In this document: in pieces, positions 12,430 to 27,762 of the stretch
Numbering within the stretch: the first letter of the stretch is position 1
How the letters are laid out: each line of letters opens with the position of its first letter
From: the human T2T-CHM13v2.0 reference genome, Homo sapiens
Assembly (NCBI RefSeq): GCF_009914755.1
Contig: NC_060935.1
Reading direction: 5' to 3' (one strand)
Length of the DNA: 64,000 nt
Notes under the pieces: generated by a model
Databases searched by the model: none
What the model was told of the DNA's origin: nothing
Seen by the model: the letters and a program-made list of their open reading frames with translations, nothing else
Program-made: the position numbers and the translations under genes

Positions 12430-14899
12430 TGTGTTAGTCTGTTTTTTCATTGCTATAAAGAAATAGCTAACACTGGATAATTTATAAAGATAAAAGGCTT
12501 AATTCACTCATGATTCTGCAGGCTGTACAAGAAGTATGGCATTGGCATCTACTCAGCTTTTGGTGAAGCCTCAGGAAGATTTCAATCATGTCAGAAGGTG
12601 ATGCAAGAGCAGGTACATCACATAGTGAGAGTGGGTGCAAGAGAGGAAAGGGGGAGGTGCCACACACTTTAAACAATCAGATCTCACATGAACTAAAAAA
12701 GTTAAGAACTCACTCATTCACTCATTGTTAAAAGGACAGCACCAAGGTATCCACCTCCATGACCTAAATACCTCCCACAAGGCCCGCCTCCAACACTAGA
12801 GGTCACATTTCAACATGAGATTTGGAGGGAACACACATCTAAACCATATCATGCTGCCCCTGAACCCCTAAATTTTATGTCCTTCTCACATTGTAAAATA
12901 TAATCATCCCTTCCCAATAGTCCCCCCAAAGTCTTAACTTGTTTCAGTATCAAGTCTAAAGTCCTAAGTCTCATCTGAGACTCATTATTTCCACTTATGA
13001 GCCTGTAAAATCAAAACAAGTTATTTATTTCCAAGATAAGTCTTACCATTCCAAAATGAAGGATTTGACCAGAAGAAAGGGGCTATAGGCCCCACACAAG
13101 TCTGAAACACAGAAGAGCGGTCATTAAATCTTAAAAGTCCAAAATAATTTCCCTGGACTCCATATACCACATCCAGTGCACACTGGTGCAGCGGGTGGGC
13201 TCCCAAGGCCTTGGAAAGCTCCATCCCTGTGGCTTTTCAGGGTGCAGCCCCCATGGATACTCTCACAGATTGGAGTTGCGTGCCTGCAGCTTTTCCACAC
13301 TGGGGTTGCAAGTTGCCAGTTGATCTACCATTCTCAGGTCTGGAGAGTGGCAGCTCCCTTCCCACAGCTCTGCTAGGCAGTGCCCCACTGGAAACTGTGT
13401 GTGGAGGTCCCAACCCCACATTTTCCCTCTCCTCACTGCCTTAGTAGAGTATCTCTCTGGGGACTCCACCCCTGCAGCAGGTTTCTGCCGGAGAATCCAG
13501 GCTTTCCGTATATTCTCTGAAAATTAGGTGAAAGCTGCCATGCTTCTTTAAGTCTTGCATTCTGCACACCTACAGGCTTAATGCCACATTGAAGCTACCA
13601 AGGCTTATGGCTTGCACCCTCCAGAGCTGTGGTATAAGCTGTACCTGGGCTCCCCTTGAACTGAGGCTAGAGCTGGAACATCCTGGATGTGGGGATGAGC
13701 CTCTCAGGGTGGTGTAGGGCAGTGGGATCCTGGGCCTGGCCCCTGAAAGCATTCTTTCCTCCTAGGCCTCTGGACCTGTGGTGGGAAGAGCTGCCTGGAA
13801 GATCTCTGAAATTCTTTGGGGCCTTTCTCATTATCTTTGATATTAGCTGTCAGCTCCCTTTTAGACATGCTAATCTTTCTAGCAAGTAGTTGCTCTGCAG
13901 CCTGCTTGGACTCTTCTGAAGATGCTTTTTTTTTTTCTTTCTATCACATGGCTAGGCTGTAAATTTTCCAGGCTTTTCTGCTCTGCTTCTCTTTTAAATA
14001 TGTTTCAATTTTAAGTTGTTTTCTTGGTCCTGTATTTGATCATAGGTCGTTAGAAGCAGCCATGCAACATCTTGAATTCTTTACTACTTAAAAATTTCTT
14101 CTGCCAGATACCCTGAGTCGTCATTATTACGTCTGAACTTAAGGACATGAACACGGACAGAATTCAGCCAAGCTCTTTCCTAAGACATAACATAGGTGAT
14201 CTTTACTCAAGTTCCCAAATAAATTACTCATTTTGATCTGAGACCTCATAAACCTGGCATTCAGTGTCTATATTTCTATCAGCATTTTGGTCACAACCAC
14301 TTAACAAGTCTCTAGGAAGCTCTAAACTTTCCCTCATCTTGTTGTCTTCTTCTGAGCCCTCCAGATTCTTCCAAATTCTACCTGTTACTCAGTTCCAAAG
14401 CCACTTCCACATTTCTGGATATCCTTATAGCAATGCCTCACTCCACAGTACCAATTTTCTGTGCTAGTCCATTCTAGCTTTTTAATAAAAAAAATAAAAA
14501 AAAAAAAAAACCCTGAGATTGGGTAATTTATGAAGAAAAGAGGTTTAATTGGCTCACAGTTCTGCAAGCTGTACATGAAGCATGGCACTGGCATCTTCTT
14601 GGCTTCTGGTGAGACCTCAGGTCGTTTTTACTCATGGCACAAAGTCAAGCAGGAGCAGCAATATTCATGGCTAGAGCAGGAGCAAGAGACAGAGTGGAGA
14701 GGCGCCACATTCTTTTAAACAACCGGATCTCAAGTGAACTGGTAGAGAGAGAAGTCACTCATTATTGCAAGGATAGCACCAAGGCATTCATATAAGGGAT
14801 TTTCCCCCATGACCAAAACACCTCTCACTAGGCTTACCTCCAACATTGGAGGTCACATTTCAATGAGATTTGGAGGAGACACACACCTAAACTATATCA
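12430..14899 (-). mobile_element. Full two-LTR MaLR element (MSTA/MSTB-type): LTR 12430-12851, internal 12852-14459, LTR 14460-14899
   Basis: Two similar LTRs (TGTG(T/C)TAGTC...ATATCA), PPT-like sequence at 12852 and GTACCAATTTTC next to the other LTR; typical MaLR internal sequence. Confidence 0.9.
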
Positions 14900-15833
14900 C
14901 CGTTGGAAAAGGTTTTGGCTAAGTTGGTGTAACGACCCAATCTCTATTCCTGTTCTTCTGCCACTGCTTCCCAGCTGCCATCTCAAGGTCCTCCTGACTC
15001 ACGCCCTCCTTCCAGCATGGTCAGAGGGTTCCATGAGCAAAATCACCATTGCTCCTCTCGGTAACCAAGGATGTGCTCCGGAGGCACTGGGGCACACACC
15101 AAGTTCACCCACAGCTTGTCAGTTCAGTGACTGGATGCACAGGGCCAACAGGCCCCGTACAATAGGTCACAGCACCCCACTGGGTTAATCCTACATGTTT
15201 ACAGTCTTCCAGTGTGTCTGTCTGCCAGGCAGTCCACATCTTTCTCCATCCCAGGAAGCATGTAGGCAGCTATAGCAGGGAATAAAGATTGGTAGTTTTT
15301 TCAAGGACATGAAAATAGTCCATGTTGCTATAGTTTCCCTATTTGCCTTCCATTCACTGTTCACCACTCCCTTTTGTGCTTCTCTGTTCACCACCTATAC
15401 ATGCCCCCTCAGGGGCTCCTCCAATAGTACCCTTATGCCCTGTGTGCACACTGCTTCATCCAGTGGCCCAGGGCCACATTTTTACTATGTTGGAATGAAG
15501 TATGTAGGATCCAGAGGGTCCCTGACATTCAGAATCTATGGTTGAAATGCCTCTGCCAAGCATCCTTTTGTCAAGGCTTTCTTCAACTGTTCATTAAAAG
15601 TATCTACTATAATTGTTGCCTGTGGATGGTAAGGCAAGTAGAATCTCCAGCCAATGCCAAACATGTGGGCCCTCAGTGCTTGGGCTTCAGCAATGTATGC
15701 TGGGCTTTGATCCATCTGACTGGCATCGGGGCAACCAAAGTGCAAACAAGAGGAGGAAGAGCTTAGTTAGCCAAGGCCATGTGGGGATCTGTAATCGTGC
15801 ACTAACATCCATCTTCTCTTGCTTGGAGGGTAA
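14900..15833 (-). mobile_element. pol: ERV internal region: integrase core/C-terminus and probable env 5' part; provirus truncated near 15833
   Basis: ORF 15536-15745 HFGCPDASQMDQS...IGWRFYLPYHPQATIIVDTFNEQLKKAL resembles the class III integrase core (FGxP..SDQG..W.FH.PYHPQA.G.VER.N..LK). Confidence 0.82.
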
Positions 15834-16116
15834 GGCCTTTTTGCTTGTTTATTGCATTATTATTATAAATATAAAATGGCATGTACTCTGTATAGTAACA
15901 ATTTTTAAATATTCATTTATTAAATGTTCACTACTGAGGTCATGTCAAGAAAAGATTCTCTCCTTAGAGAGCCATCTTAAATCTGCATAATCTTTTGTGT
16001 ATTGTAGGCACTGAACTAAAATAATATGTATTTAGTTAGGAACCAGTAAGTGGCGGAAAAAAATAGCACAAGAGTCTTAGAAAATTTAAATAAGAAATTA
16101 TTTCTGGCTTGAGAAC

Positions 16117-16800
16117 AGGAATGCTTGAGGATTTGTGGGGCTTGAAGCTCGTATGATTTGTGAGCCCCTTTTTAAGAAATAATAATACAAGATTATAAAT
16201 ATAATATTAAGTATAAAAGGGAACATTTATTTAGAGTGAGACAAGTAAATTACTACAATTACTTTTTTAGAAAGCTGACAATTTGCACAAAAACACTAAC
16301 TGCAGAAAAATAACGTTATTTTTGTTAATTAGCTGCCTGACACCCTCTTTCATGCATTTTTCCCTATGACTTTTAGCTTCATGCTCTCTACTAGCCTCTT
16401 CATATGACATCGATTTTGCAATAACTTTTTATATAGCAAGAATAGAAAGATAATTTATTATTGTCTCTATTATGCTTGGTTTGAGTTTCTTCATTTCATT
16501 AAAGTAGTTGCTTTCAGTGACACAATCATTTTTGGTAACATATAATTTTTAGGATTAATGTCAAATCTGGAAAAATCTCTTTTGTTTCTTATTTATGATC
16601 TACAAGATTTAGGCTAATTTCTCAGGCTTCTTTTTGGCCTAGTACTTTTCAAACATTTTTCTTCTCTAAGCACAAACTTCTGGAGTGAAGCAACATAGAA
16701 AATGTTCATTTTACAATCACAATCTCTCTATTTGTACTTTCGTGTTATGGTTCTGAGTGATTTCACACAACAGATGGTAGAAATATTCTTAGAAACCATC
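16117..16800. mobile_element. Zaphod/MER115-like hAT-Tip100 DNA transposon fragment
   Basis: Terminus-like GGATTTGTGGGGCTTGAAGCT...CCCCTTTTTAAGAAA; minus strand gives hAT dimerisation-like NYLSILAI*KVIAKSMSYEEA. Confidence 0.65.
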
Positions 16801-17654
16801 TTTACTTATACATTAGTACTCATACATTAGTAGAAGCCACTGAATGGTTTTAAACAGAAGAATGACAGATCTAACTTATGTGCTCACCTGTTAAGTACCC
16901 CAAGGAGCAGTTTTTTGGGGGGTTATTCTAGTATGTACAACCCCTACAAGCCTCTCGTATTCCCTATATCCATATTCAGTCTTCTTAAAAAAATGATACA
17001 AAAGTGTTTCCCTAAATCACTTTCCTTTCTGGACACTACAAATTTATTGACCAGATTTCTTTAAGTCATATAGGCAAGAATGGCAAATTACATTTCAACA
17101 GAAGGCAAGACAGATGGTGTGGCATATTTTGTTTTAGTTAAATTCTGTGCTACCTAAATTAAATATGTGATTATTAAATCTTGATTTATAGATACCTACA
17201 CTAAATTCTGAAAAAAAAAATAAACTATTACATTATTTAAAAAATTTTCCCTAGTTCTTTCAGTTTTGGTTATAAACATATTTTCTGTTAAAGATTATTT
17301 CATCCACTTTCCAAAACAATCAGGAAATATATGAATGAAAAACAAATGATTTTACCAGTCTAACCCATCTAGTGTCAATTTCTAAAACATTTTTATATTT
17401 CCTTTTAGTTTATCCCTGGAGCCCGACTTACTTGTACTTGAAATCATAGTATATGACAATTTTATCTTCCCTTCTCCCCTACTTAATACTGCATCATGGG
17501 CATTTTCCTTGTTGCTACCATCAGTGGCTTCATAAATATTTCATTAAGTGGGTGATGTTTATTTAATAACTCCTGTTTTTCAATTATTAGATATTTGATT
17601 TTGGTCTAATTTTTTGAGAACTCATTTATTCATTATTTCTAACTTTTTGTTTTT

Positions 17655-18145
17655 AAACTTTTATTTTTTTAAAATACACATAACATTTTCCAGTTTAACC
17701 ATTTTTAAGTATACAGATCAGTGGCACTGAATACATTCACATTGTTGTACAGCCATCACCATCATCCATTTCCAGAGTTTTTTTATTTTCCCAAACTGAA
17801 ACTCAGTACTCATTAGATAATATCCTCATTTCCCCTTCTTTCAAACCCTGATAGCCACCATTCTACTTTCTGTCTCTATGAATGTGGCTGTGCTAAGAAA
17901 CTGATGCTTATAAAAGAAACTCTTGTAATCATATATTATTTGTCCTTTTGTGACTGGCTGTTTTCACTTAGCCCAATGTCTTTAGGATTCAACCATGTTG
18001 TTACATGTGTCAAAATTTTCATTTTAAGACCAGAGAGTACTCCAATGTACATATCTACCACATTTTGTTTATCCTTTCACCCATGGATGATTAACTGGGT
18101 TGCTTCTACTTTGGGCTATTGTGAATAAAGTTGTTAAAAACATGA
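17655..18145 (-). mobile_element. L1MB-type 3' end fragment
   Basis: TTAACCATTTTTAAGTATACAG...CATTCACATTGTTGTACAGCCATCACC antisense L1MB 3'UTR pattern. Confidence 0.8.
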
Positions 18146-18509
18146 ATAATTTATATTATTGAAAATTTATACTGTTGTCTCATGCATTTGCTAGACTTCA
18201 TTTTATAACTCTGATGATTTGCATCAGACATCTGCCTCCATTTAGAAGCCTCTTCCTTTGAGCAACTGCTTTATAATGTGAAAGTAACGGCTTGATTGTC
18301 TATGTAATACCACCATCTCTTGGTCATGGTTGAGTATGCATGTGTATATATTTTCTGTTCTTTCTCAGGAAATGATCAAGGTATTAGTAAATGCTGTGAA
18401 ACCAAATCCATATTTAGAAAACAAAGATGAAGTAAGCAGTGATTCATCTCTACAGTTGATATTGGGAAATCTCTTCTCCTTGTGTCTTATAAGAAGCTCT
18501 CAACTTTCA

Positions 18510-18711
18510 TTTATTCATTCTGAACTACATAATCGAGAGTGACAGAATTTTTATCTACATGATTCCACTTGTGCTGCCCGTGTACTTCTGGCAGACATTT
18601 CTCTTCAATCACGTCGAATGCTTTCTCTGAAGCCTTATACTCCTTCTCAGCATAGCAGTTCAGACATCCATTTCCAGTTGTGTGTGACCAATGAGTTGAA
18701 AATGTTTCACT
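18510..18711 (-). pseudogene. Candidate terminal exon
   Basis: Acceptor ttattgtatatatcaAG; (K)VKHFQLIGHTQLEMDV* with TGA at 18660-18662; AATAAA at 18510-18515; the phase-0 frame is open for 66 codons. Confidence 0.55.
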
Positions 18712-19384
18712 CTTGATATATACAATAATAAACACTTTTAACATAATTTAAATTTTTTTAAACCTAATTATACAAGCAATGTTGTGGTCAGTGTGATTGG
18801 AAAGTCAGCCCAAAGTAAAAGAAAAAAAGTGGCATAAAGTTTAAAAACTTAAGCCTACCTATTAAAATCTAATTATTTACTTGGTTCAATACAGGTAAGA
18901 GCTTCCCTGTTCAGTATACAAGTTGTCATTTCAATAAGTCAGAGACAGTGTGTGCTAACCTACTGCATCTCCAGGTGTTTGGACCTGATTATAAGCTTGA
19001 AACTTTGTGGTTTGCATCTTGGCTTAGCTGAAAGGGTATGATTATTATTTAAATAAAGCTCGTGTTTTATTTTGGTGGAAGCTGTCAAAATGTCAAATGT
19101 ACTACTCTGTTTTTATGGCTTCTATGACCCACATAATTTTCAAATTCCTGAACCAAACACATGAGCTAGTACAATCTGTTCTACCAGTATACATCACAAT
19201 TTATCCCCAGTGAAAGTTTTAAAATTGGACTGGCACATGGTGCCAGGGTCCTGTCTGTGCTCCTTTTACTATAAGAACAAGCTGCTGAATAACAAGAGGT
19301 GTAGCACTAAAATCTAATAATATTTTCTGCTTTCTCAGTCCATTCCTGGCATCAACAAACACAAGGTAAGTTTTATGGTATGTA

Positions 19385-19745
19385 ATTCCTGAGACACAGA
19401 TCAGTGTAGGATATTTATTAGTATTTATTAAGGTATGTCCTTGGTATCATAAAAGAGAGGGGAAGGAATTGAGATGAAGAAGTTGAGCCGCTGCATTGAA
19501 GGTTTGATTGGCCCCAAAGTTAGCACCACAGAAAGTTCTGAAACATAATGGTCTGTCACTATCAGAGTTTTCTATCACAGGGCAAAATTAGGCCTTTATA
19601 CCCATCCTTATGTTGGTAATTAGATGTGGGCCATACAGGGAAGGGCATGCTCTTGGATGAAGTACTGGCTCTCTGCAGCTGAGGCAATCCTAGAAAGATG
19701 AACAGCTGAAGACCCACTGCCAATAGATAGCACTTGGTGGGAGAC
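19385..19745 (-). mobile_element. LTR33/LTR16-like ERVL solo LTR fragment
   Basis: GAAGTTGAGC...GGCCTTTATACCC...CTCTCTGCAGCTGAGGCAATCC motifs. Confidence 0.6.
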
Positions 19746-20892
19746 GGTTGTGAATCATTTGCCAAAACAATAGATAAATTGTCAAACTTGGTTGGTTGTA
19801 TTTGTTGAAAAATTGTATTAGTCACTGAAAAATTCTGACCATGTAAGAAAAAAATAATAATTAACAATGCCATCCTGTGGCTAAAACTGCCATTTCCGTT
19901 CTAAGTAATCTGAGCCTACAAAATGTTTATGTTGTGCTACAGCCCACAGCAATCTTTTCAGGCCCTTACATCTTAAATAAAGAGGACATTTTTTTTTTCT
20001 GCTTAGATTCAAGCTCTACTATATTGGTAGAAATTTCTCTAACATTTCTGATAAGTCACTTCTACCATCATTAACTTCCTTCTGCCAAGAATTCTCTGTG
20101 TTAGTGAGATTCAAAACAGGTAATATTTTAAGTGTTTGCAAAACATGATGTGCAACACAATTCTCCAACATAATCATAATCATCATCAAAAGTGTATAAA
20201 GCTTTGAGTCATAAGGTTGGTATGATGCGTAGATCTGCCATTTACTTATTCTATGACCTTGAACAAGTCATTCCAAACTTCAAGTCATATACTTCAGCAA
20301 ACCCTATGTTGTTAACTCAGTATATTAATATTTCCTCATCCCTTTGTGAACATAAAACAGGAAAATGGATGTGATGGAACTTCGCCAATGACAAAGTATG
20401 ACGTAAATGCTATGAGTAGCTTCTTAGTTCTGGGAAGGCAACCCCCTTTCATATCTCAGTGTGCATATGCTAGTTAGATTTCCTTTAGGAACATACTGTT
20501 ATTTTTATATGCTAATCAACTCTTGCCTTTTTTTCTTTACTTTATGAACCATTGCTTCTTCATCAGCAACATTTCCTGGGTCGACAGCACATGTTTTTAA
20601 TTGTTGTTTAAAATAAGCACCCTCTACATCAACAAGAAGTTAGAAAGGGTGTGAAACTTTAAAATTGTGCATACATCCAATTACCCACTATTCAAATTGT
20701 TATATAAACAATATATGTACCTGGAATATTATTTATATATAAAGCCAGAATTGGAACATGAATAAAAGGATAACAGTTATTAGAAATTCCCTGTTCTTTT
20801 TCACCCATTTACTTTTATATAGTAAAAATCATTGTCACCCTCTGATCCTTTATTCTTAGCCTCATTCTGTGTCAGGATCAGAGCCTCCTTAC

Positions 20893-20934
20893 TTTTTCCT
20901 GGGATCTGTATTGTCCAAAGCAAGGTAGGCCATC
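20893..20934 (-). pseudogene. Candidate internal exon, 42 bp
   Basis: ttctcatttcAG|GATGGCC...GGAAAAA|GTAAGG; (R)MAYLALDNTDPRK. Confidence 0.65.
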
Positions 20935-21375
20935 CTGAAATGAGAATAGACTGGCATGGATAGACTAGTTGCCTAAAAAACTTCAGCCTTCTAAAAGAGC
21001 TGCTCTTTCTAGACACATATATTATAATGAGAAAAATCATGGAAGTGGATAGTTCAACAAAACAGATTATTTCTTTGTGAGTCACTATGTTGGAGCAGAC
21101 AGCAGAGGTGAGGAAATGGACATGAAATAGGAAAGTTTTAATAGTGAGAAGTGGCAGGAACAATATGAAGGACTAGGGGTAAAGGAACTTCAATGGAGAG
21201 CACTTGTCAACAAGAACAAGTCAGCACTTCCAAGAGTCCATAAAATACTTTGAATAGAAACAGGGATAAGAAAGGGGTAGAGGGACATAAGGCAATTTCT
21301 ATCCCTCATATCTGGACTGATATTCTTTCAATTTCATATTTCATTGGTTAATTTTGAAATAAGATGATGCTTTCA

Positions 21376-21711
<336 letters not shown>

Positions 21712-21752
21712 GTTTATCTTTTTACAAAAAGTTTTCTGGTTCTTCCCAGAAG

Positions 21753-22048
21753 TTTTTTTCTTTTATTTTTTTTTCTTTTTTTTAGATGGAGTCTCCCTCT
21801 GTTGCCCCAGCTGGATCTCGGCTCACTGCAACTTCTGCCTCCTGTGTTCCAGTGATTCTCCTGCCTCAGCCTCCTGAGTAGCTGGAATTGCAGGTGCGCA
21901 CCACCATGTCCAGCTAATTTTTGTATTTTTAGTAGACACGGGGTTTCAACATGTTGGTCAGGCTGGTCTCAAACTCCTTACCTCATGATCCACCCGCCTT
22001 GGCCTCCCAAAGTGCTGGGATTACAAGCGTGAGCCACCACACTCCACC
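21753..22048 (-). mobile_element. AluS-type SINE with a short internal deletion
   Basis: Antisense dimer with T-rich tail; tail-to-tail with the previous Alu. Confidence 0.96.
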
Positions 22049-22449
22049 TGAAGTTTCCTTTTTGTATTCCTCTGAACAGATAACTTTAGTAGACAGGACT
22101 ATCTGAGGTTAAATGTGAGGTCTGACCTCGGGAGCCTTGGCCTATGGTCAGGACCATTCTTCCTTTGGAGAATGTGTTCTAGTCTGCTGAGAGTGGCCAA
22201 GCTCTGTGAGAACTATACTTAAATGAAACAGAGGCAGATGAGTTACCACTGACTCACCACAGCCATGCATTTTTTTTGTTCATGAAGGTTTGGATGGAGA
22301 TTAAGTAGGAGAATCACGGCCTGGGATCTCTGGAAAGGTGACTTGTCCAACTTTGTCTCTGACATCTGAACAATAGCAGTGAATCAGTCATTCATCAATT
22401 AGCAGTATTAATGCTCAAACTTAGATGTGTAATAGGGTACACATGTCAA

Positions 22450-22860
22450 AGTAAGCTGAGAGAGTGTTATGACTCAGAATTCAACCTCTGGGGTTTTGGA
22501 TTCAAATTCTTTCTATCATAAGCCATATTTCTTTTGGAAAGCTACTTAAGTTCTCTATGCCTCAATTTCAAACTGAATAAAATAGGAATAATAGGCCCTG
22601 TCTCATAGACTTATATTGAGCAAGGAATGCGTCTACGAATGTAAGATGCTTGGTGCAGTTCATGTAAGATCGTAGTCAATAAATGTTATTTATTATCATG
22701 CAATTATGACTATTATTTGGAGTCAAACAGTCCTTAGTTTAAAGTGTGCTTCTGCCATTTGCAAGGTATATAAGTTCACAGAGCTTATAAATCATGCAGC
22801 TGGTTTTTCATAAAACACCTGACATGGAAACTGGCATGTGGTGAAACACTTTATAATATT
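22450..22860. mobile_element. MIR fragments
   Basis: CTCTATGCCTCAATTTC...AAAATAGGAATAATA...TCAATAAATGTTA core motifs. Confidence 0.6.
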
Positions 22861-23383
22861 TGCTTCTTCCCTTTCAAGATGGCATGTCAAAGTAAACCTG
22901 CTTTGAAGAGGAAACAAGTCTTTTCTCTCTTTGCTCCTCAGGAATCAACCCTTCTAATAAATGTGCCCCAATTTTCTTTCTAGGGAACCTCCTCTATTGA
23001 AGGTCTATGTGGTCTGGTTGGACCTGGTTGTATTTAGCACAAGATTTGTCACTATGATTGGCCCAGGGATGCAGGTGTCACAATATGAACCAATGAGGGT
23101 TAAATCTAGAGGTCCTTCCAAAGAATGGAGAAGGAGTGGGTGAAAAGCTGGTGGTAGGAACAGCAAGACGTGCTCAGGGCATCTATCAGTGGCCATTGTA
23201 TGGGGTGAGATTGACTGATAATGAAGCTAAAAGACAGAAAAACACAGTCAAGAGGAGAAAGAGTGTGCTGGTTACATCATAGGGGACCCTTGACTTACAG
23301 GTTCATGAAAAAAAAATGCATAGCCCTGAACTTCCTTATTACATGAGTCAATAATTTCATTTCTTGCTTAAAGCAGTTTAATG

Positions 23384-24992
<1,609 letters not shown>

Positions 24993-25293
24993 AAAACAGT
25001 ATAACGTTTGTTTTGGTCTTTACAGGTACAAGTTCTGAGCAATAAAAAGTTTGTTAATAGTTTGGTAACCATTGCGTTTTCCTTCAGAGATGAATGCTTA
25101 CCTCCTACTTTAGGATATATTATGGTTATTATTGCATGTTTGTTTTTTCATATTCTTAAACTATTACAAAGATTTAGTGTCGTATGTGGTACCCATATTG
25201 CTTTTATTAAATACTTAGATATGCCATATATTTTATTTTATGTTTTTCACTCAGTCTGAACATCTAGGCACAAATTGCGACTTAGACAATTAC

Positions 25294-25344
25294 CTTGATA
25301 TGGTGACAGCCTCCAAATACACTAGCAAGGCCACTAACCAAGAG
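25294..25344 (-). pseudogene. Candidate internal exon, 51 bp
   Basis: attttcttttccattAG|CTCTTGG...TATCAAG|GTAATT; (C)SWLVALLVYLEAVTIS(R). Confidence 0.68.
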
Positions 25345-25613
25345 CTAATGGAAAAGAAAATCTTAGAGACCAAATTAAGATGCTCGATTTACATCATTTT
25401 AAAAACCAATTTAAATACACAGCCAGAATTAATGCACAAGAGAAGGTACAGACTAAAATAGTGAGTATACATGTATTCAACTTATATTGTCAATAGCCAA
25501 CATGACTCACAGGTGATTCATGATGTATGACCTATACTCACCATATCCTTTGAGTTTCCCCTATGTCTTAGAAGGTATTGAAGTAAATAGCCCACATTAT
25601 GCCCCTTTGTTCC

Positions 25614-25884
25614 TTATATTAATCTGGGTTCTTCAGAGAATCAGAGCCAATAGGATATACATAGAGTGAGATTTATTATAAGGAATTGGCTTACATGCTT
25701 ATGGAGTCTGAGTTCCACAGTCTGCCTTCTGTGAGCTGGAGAAACAGAAAAGCTGGCAGTATAAATTCCAGTCCAAATCCTAAGGCCTGAGGGCCAGAAG
25801 TGCCAACGGTGTTAAGTACCAATGCAAGGACAAGAGAAGGCTGATTGATGTCTCAGCTCAAGCAGTTAGACAGAGAGAGAGAGA

Positions 25885-25922
<38 letters not shown>

Positions 25923-26156
25923 GGGGAGAGCGAGAGAGAAATTAAACCTTCCTATTAGATTTTGTTCTGTTGGGGCCAGCAATGGATTTCTAGATGCCAC
26001 CCATATTGTGGAGGTCCATATACTTTACTCAGTCCACCAATTCAAATTCTAACCTTTTCTGGAAATGCCCTCACAGATAAATCCAGTAATAATGTTTAAC
26101 CAGGTATCTGAGTATCCCATGGCCCAGTCAAGTCTATGACTAAACTAACAATTATA
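25614..26156 (-). mobile_element. MLT2 (ERVL) solo LTR containing a (GA)n tract at about 25872-25940
   Basis: GGGTTCTTCAGAGAATCAGAGCCAATAGG...GAGATTTATTATAAGGAATTGGC...GGCCCAGTCAAGT. Confidence 0.8.
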
Positions 26157-26189
26157 TTCCCATATACAAGACTGCATATACTTTTTAAA

Positions 26190-27270
26190 AGATATTATTC
26201 TGTATAACCATGGTACAATAATAAAAATCAGCAAGTTACTATTGATACAATTCCATTATTAAATGTGTGTGTATGTGTGTGTGTTTCTCTCTTTCCAAAA
26301 CTGATACTTCCAGTTTCAAATACCACAAGATTAAATCCAACCTAATGGTCTTTCTGACATTGAGAAATTTCATTCTCATTATCCATAATGTATTTATATG
26401 TTTACTTATTTACTGAATGTGTTAACACATATTACTGTGAAAAAAATAAGAGAAAAAGCCTATTAGCTAAAGTTTAACAATGTATACTTTTTTTTTTTGG
26501 TCTTTAGGAGTATTAGTGAATCTAAAGATTCAACAGTTTCTTACATTAATTATATATGTTTATTTTGTTCTGCTTATTTTTCACCATCATTGTGATTACA
26601 TTATTCATATGATATACAGTAGGCTCTATTGTTTCTATTTTAGACCATTTTGTGTCCCCCCACAACTACCACTCCTATTGATTCTATGTAATCATTTGTT
26701 TGTCTACAAATGTGAAACACTACCATAATTATATAAACGAAGTATATACTCAGAGAAGTATCACTCCTCTCCCTCCATTCTATAGTTTTCCCCTTGATCT
26801 CACACATCTCTTGAAAGTAGCCAATCTCAATATTATGTAGTTAATACTTCTTATGTTTCTTTTTGCACAAATGAGCAAAAATATGTGTATATTCTTAGTT
26901 TCCTTCCTGAGTTTGATATAGATAGCAAACCCTAGATTATTTTCTACATACCAGTATACTGACTGTAGAACTCCCATTCTGTTTTTACAGGTCCACATTA
27001 TCCCATTCTAAATGTGCATCATAGTTTATTAAACCAGCTTTCTATATATGAACATTCAAGTTGCTTTCAAAATTTCATATCTATAAAAATAATTTAATAA
27101 ATAAACTTATACATGTACACTTTACTATTGTTAGAGATAAATTCCTAGAACTGAAGTTGTTGGATCAAAATGAAAATATTAATACATAGATAGTTTTGCT
27201 GGCTATTGCCAAATTTCTCTCAAAAAAGATTATACCAATTGATATTCTCATCAATATATTATACTATACT
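26190..27270 (-). mobile_element. Degenerate old L1M fragments
   Basis: ATAAATTCCTAGAACTGAAGTTGTTGGATCAAAATG-type antisense L1M motifs. Confidence 0.5.
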
Positions 27271-27424
27271 TCAAGCAATCTCTTAAAAGTGTTTTGTTTG
27301 CTTTTTTGGCCTCCAAACAGTTTGAAATAAAAGAATAAAAATATTTTTAAAAGAAATATATGTGTATTCCTCATATCCTGTGAGATTTGATGGTATGAAA
27401 TATTAACTCAAGAATCTAAAAATC

Positions 27425-27762
<338 letters not shown>

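Noticed and set aside
13021-14718. Cluster of short ORFs
   Set aside because: All lie in MaLR internal or LTR sequence; decayed
12425-14904. TSD for the MST insertion
   Set aside because: Flanks CTACT and CCGTT match at only 2 of 5 positions; not claimed
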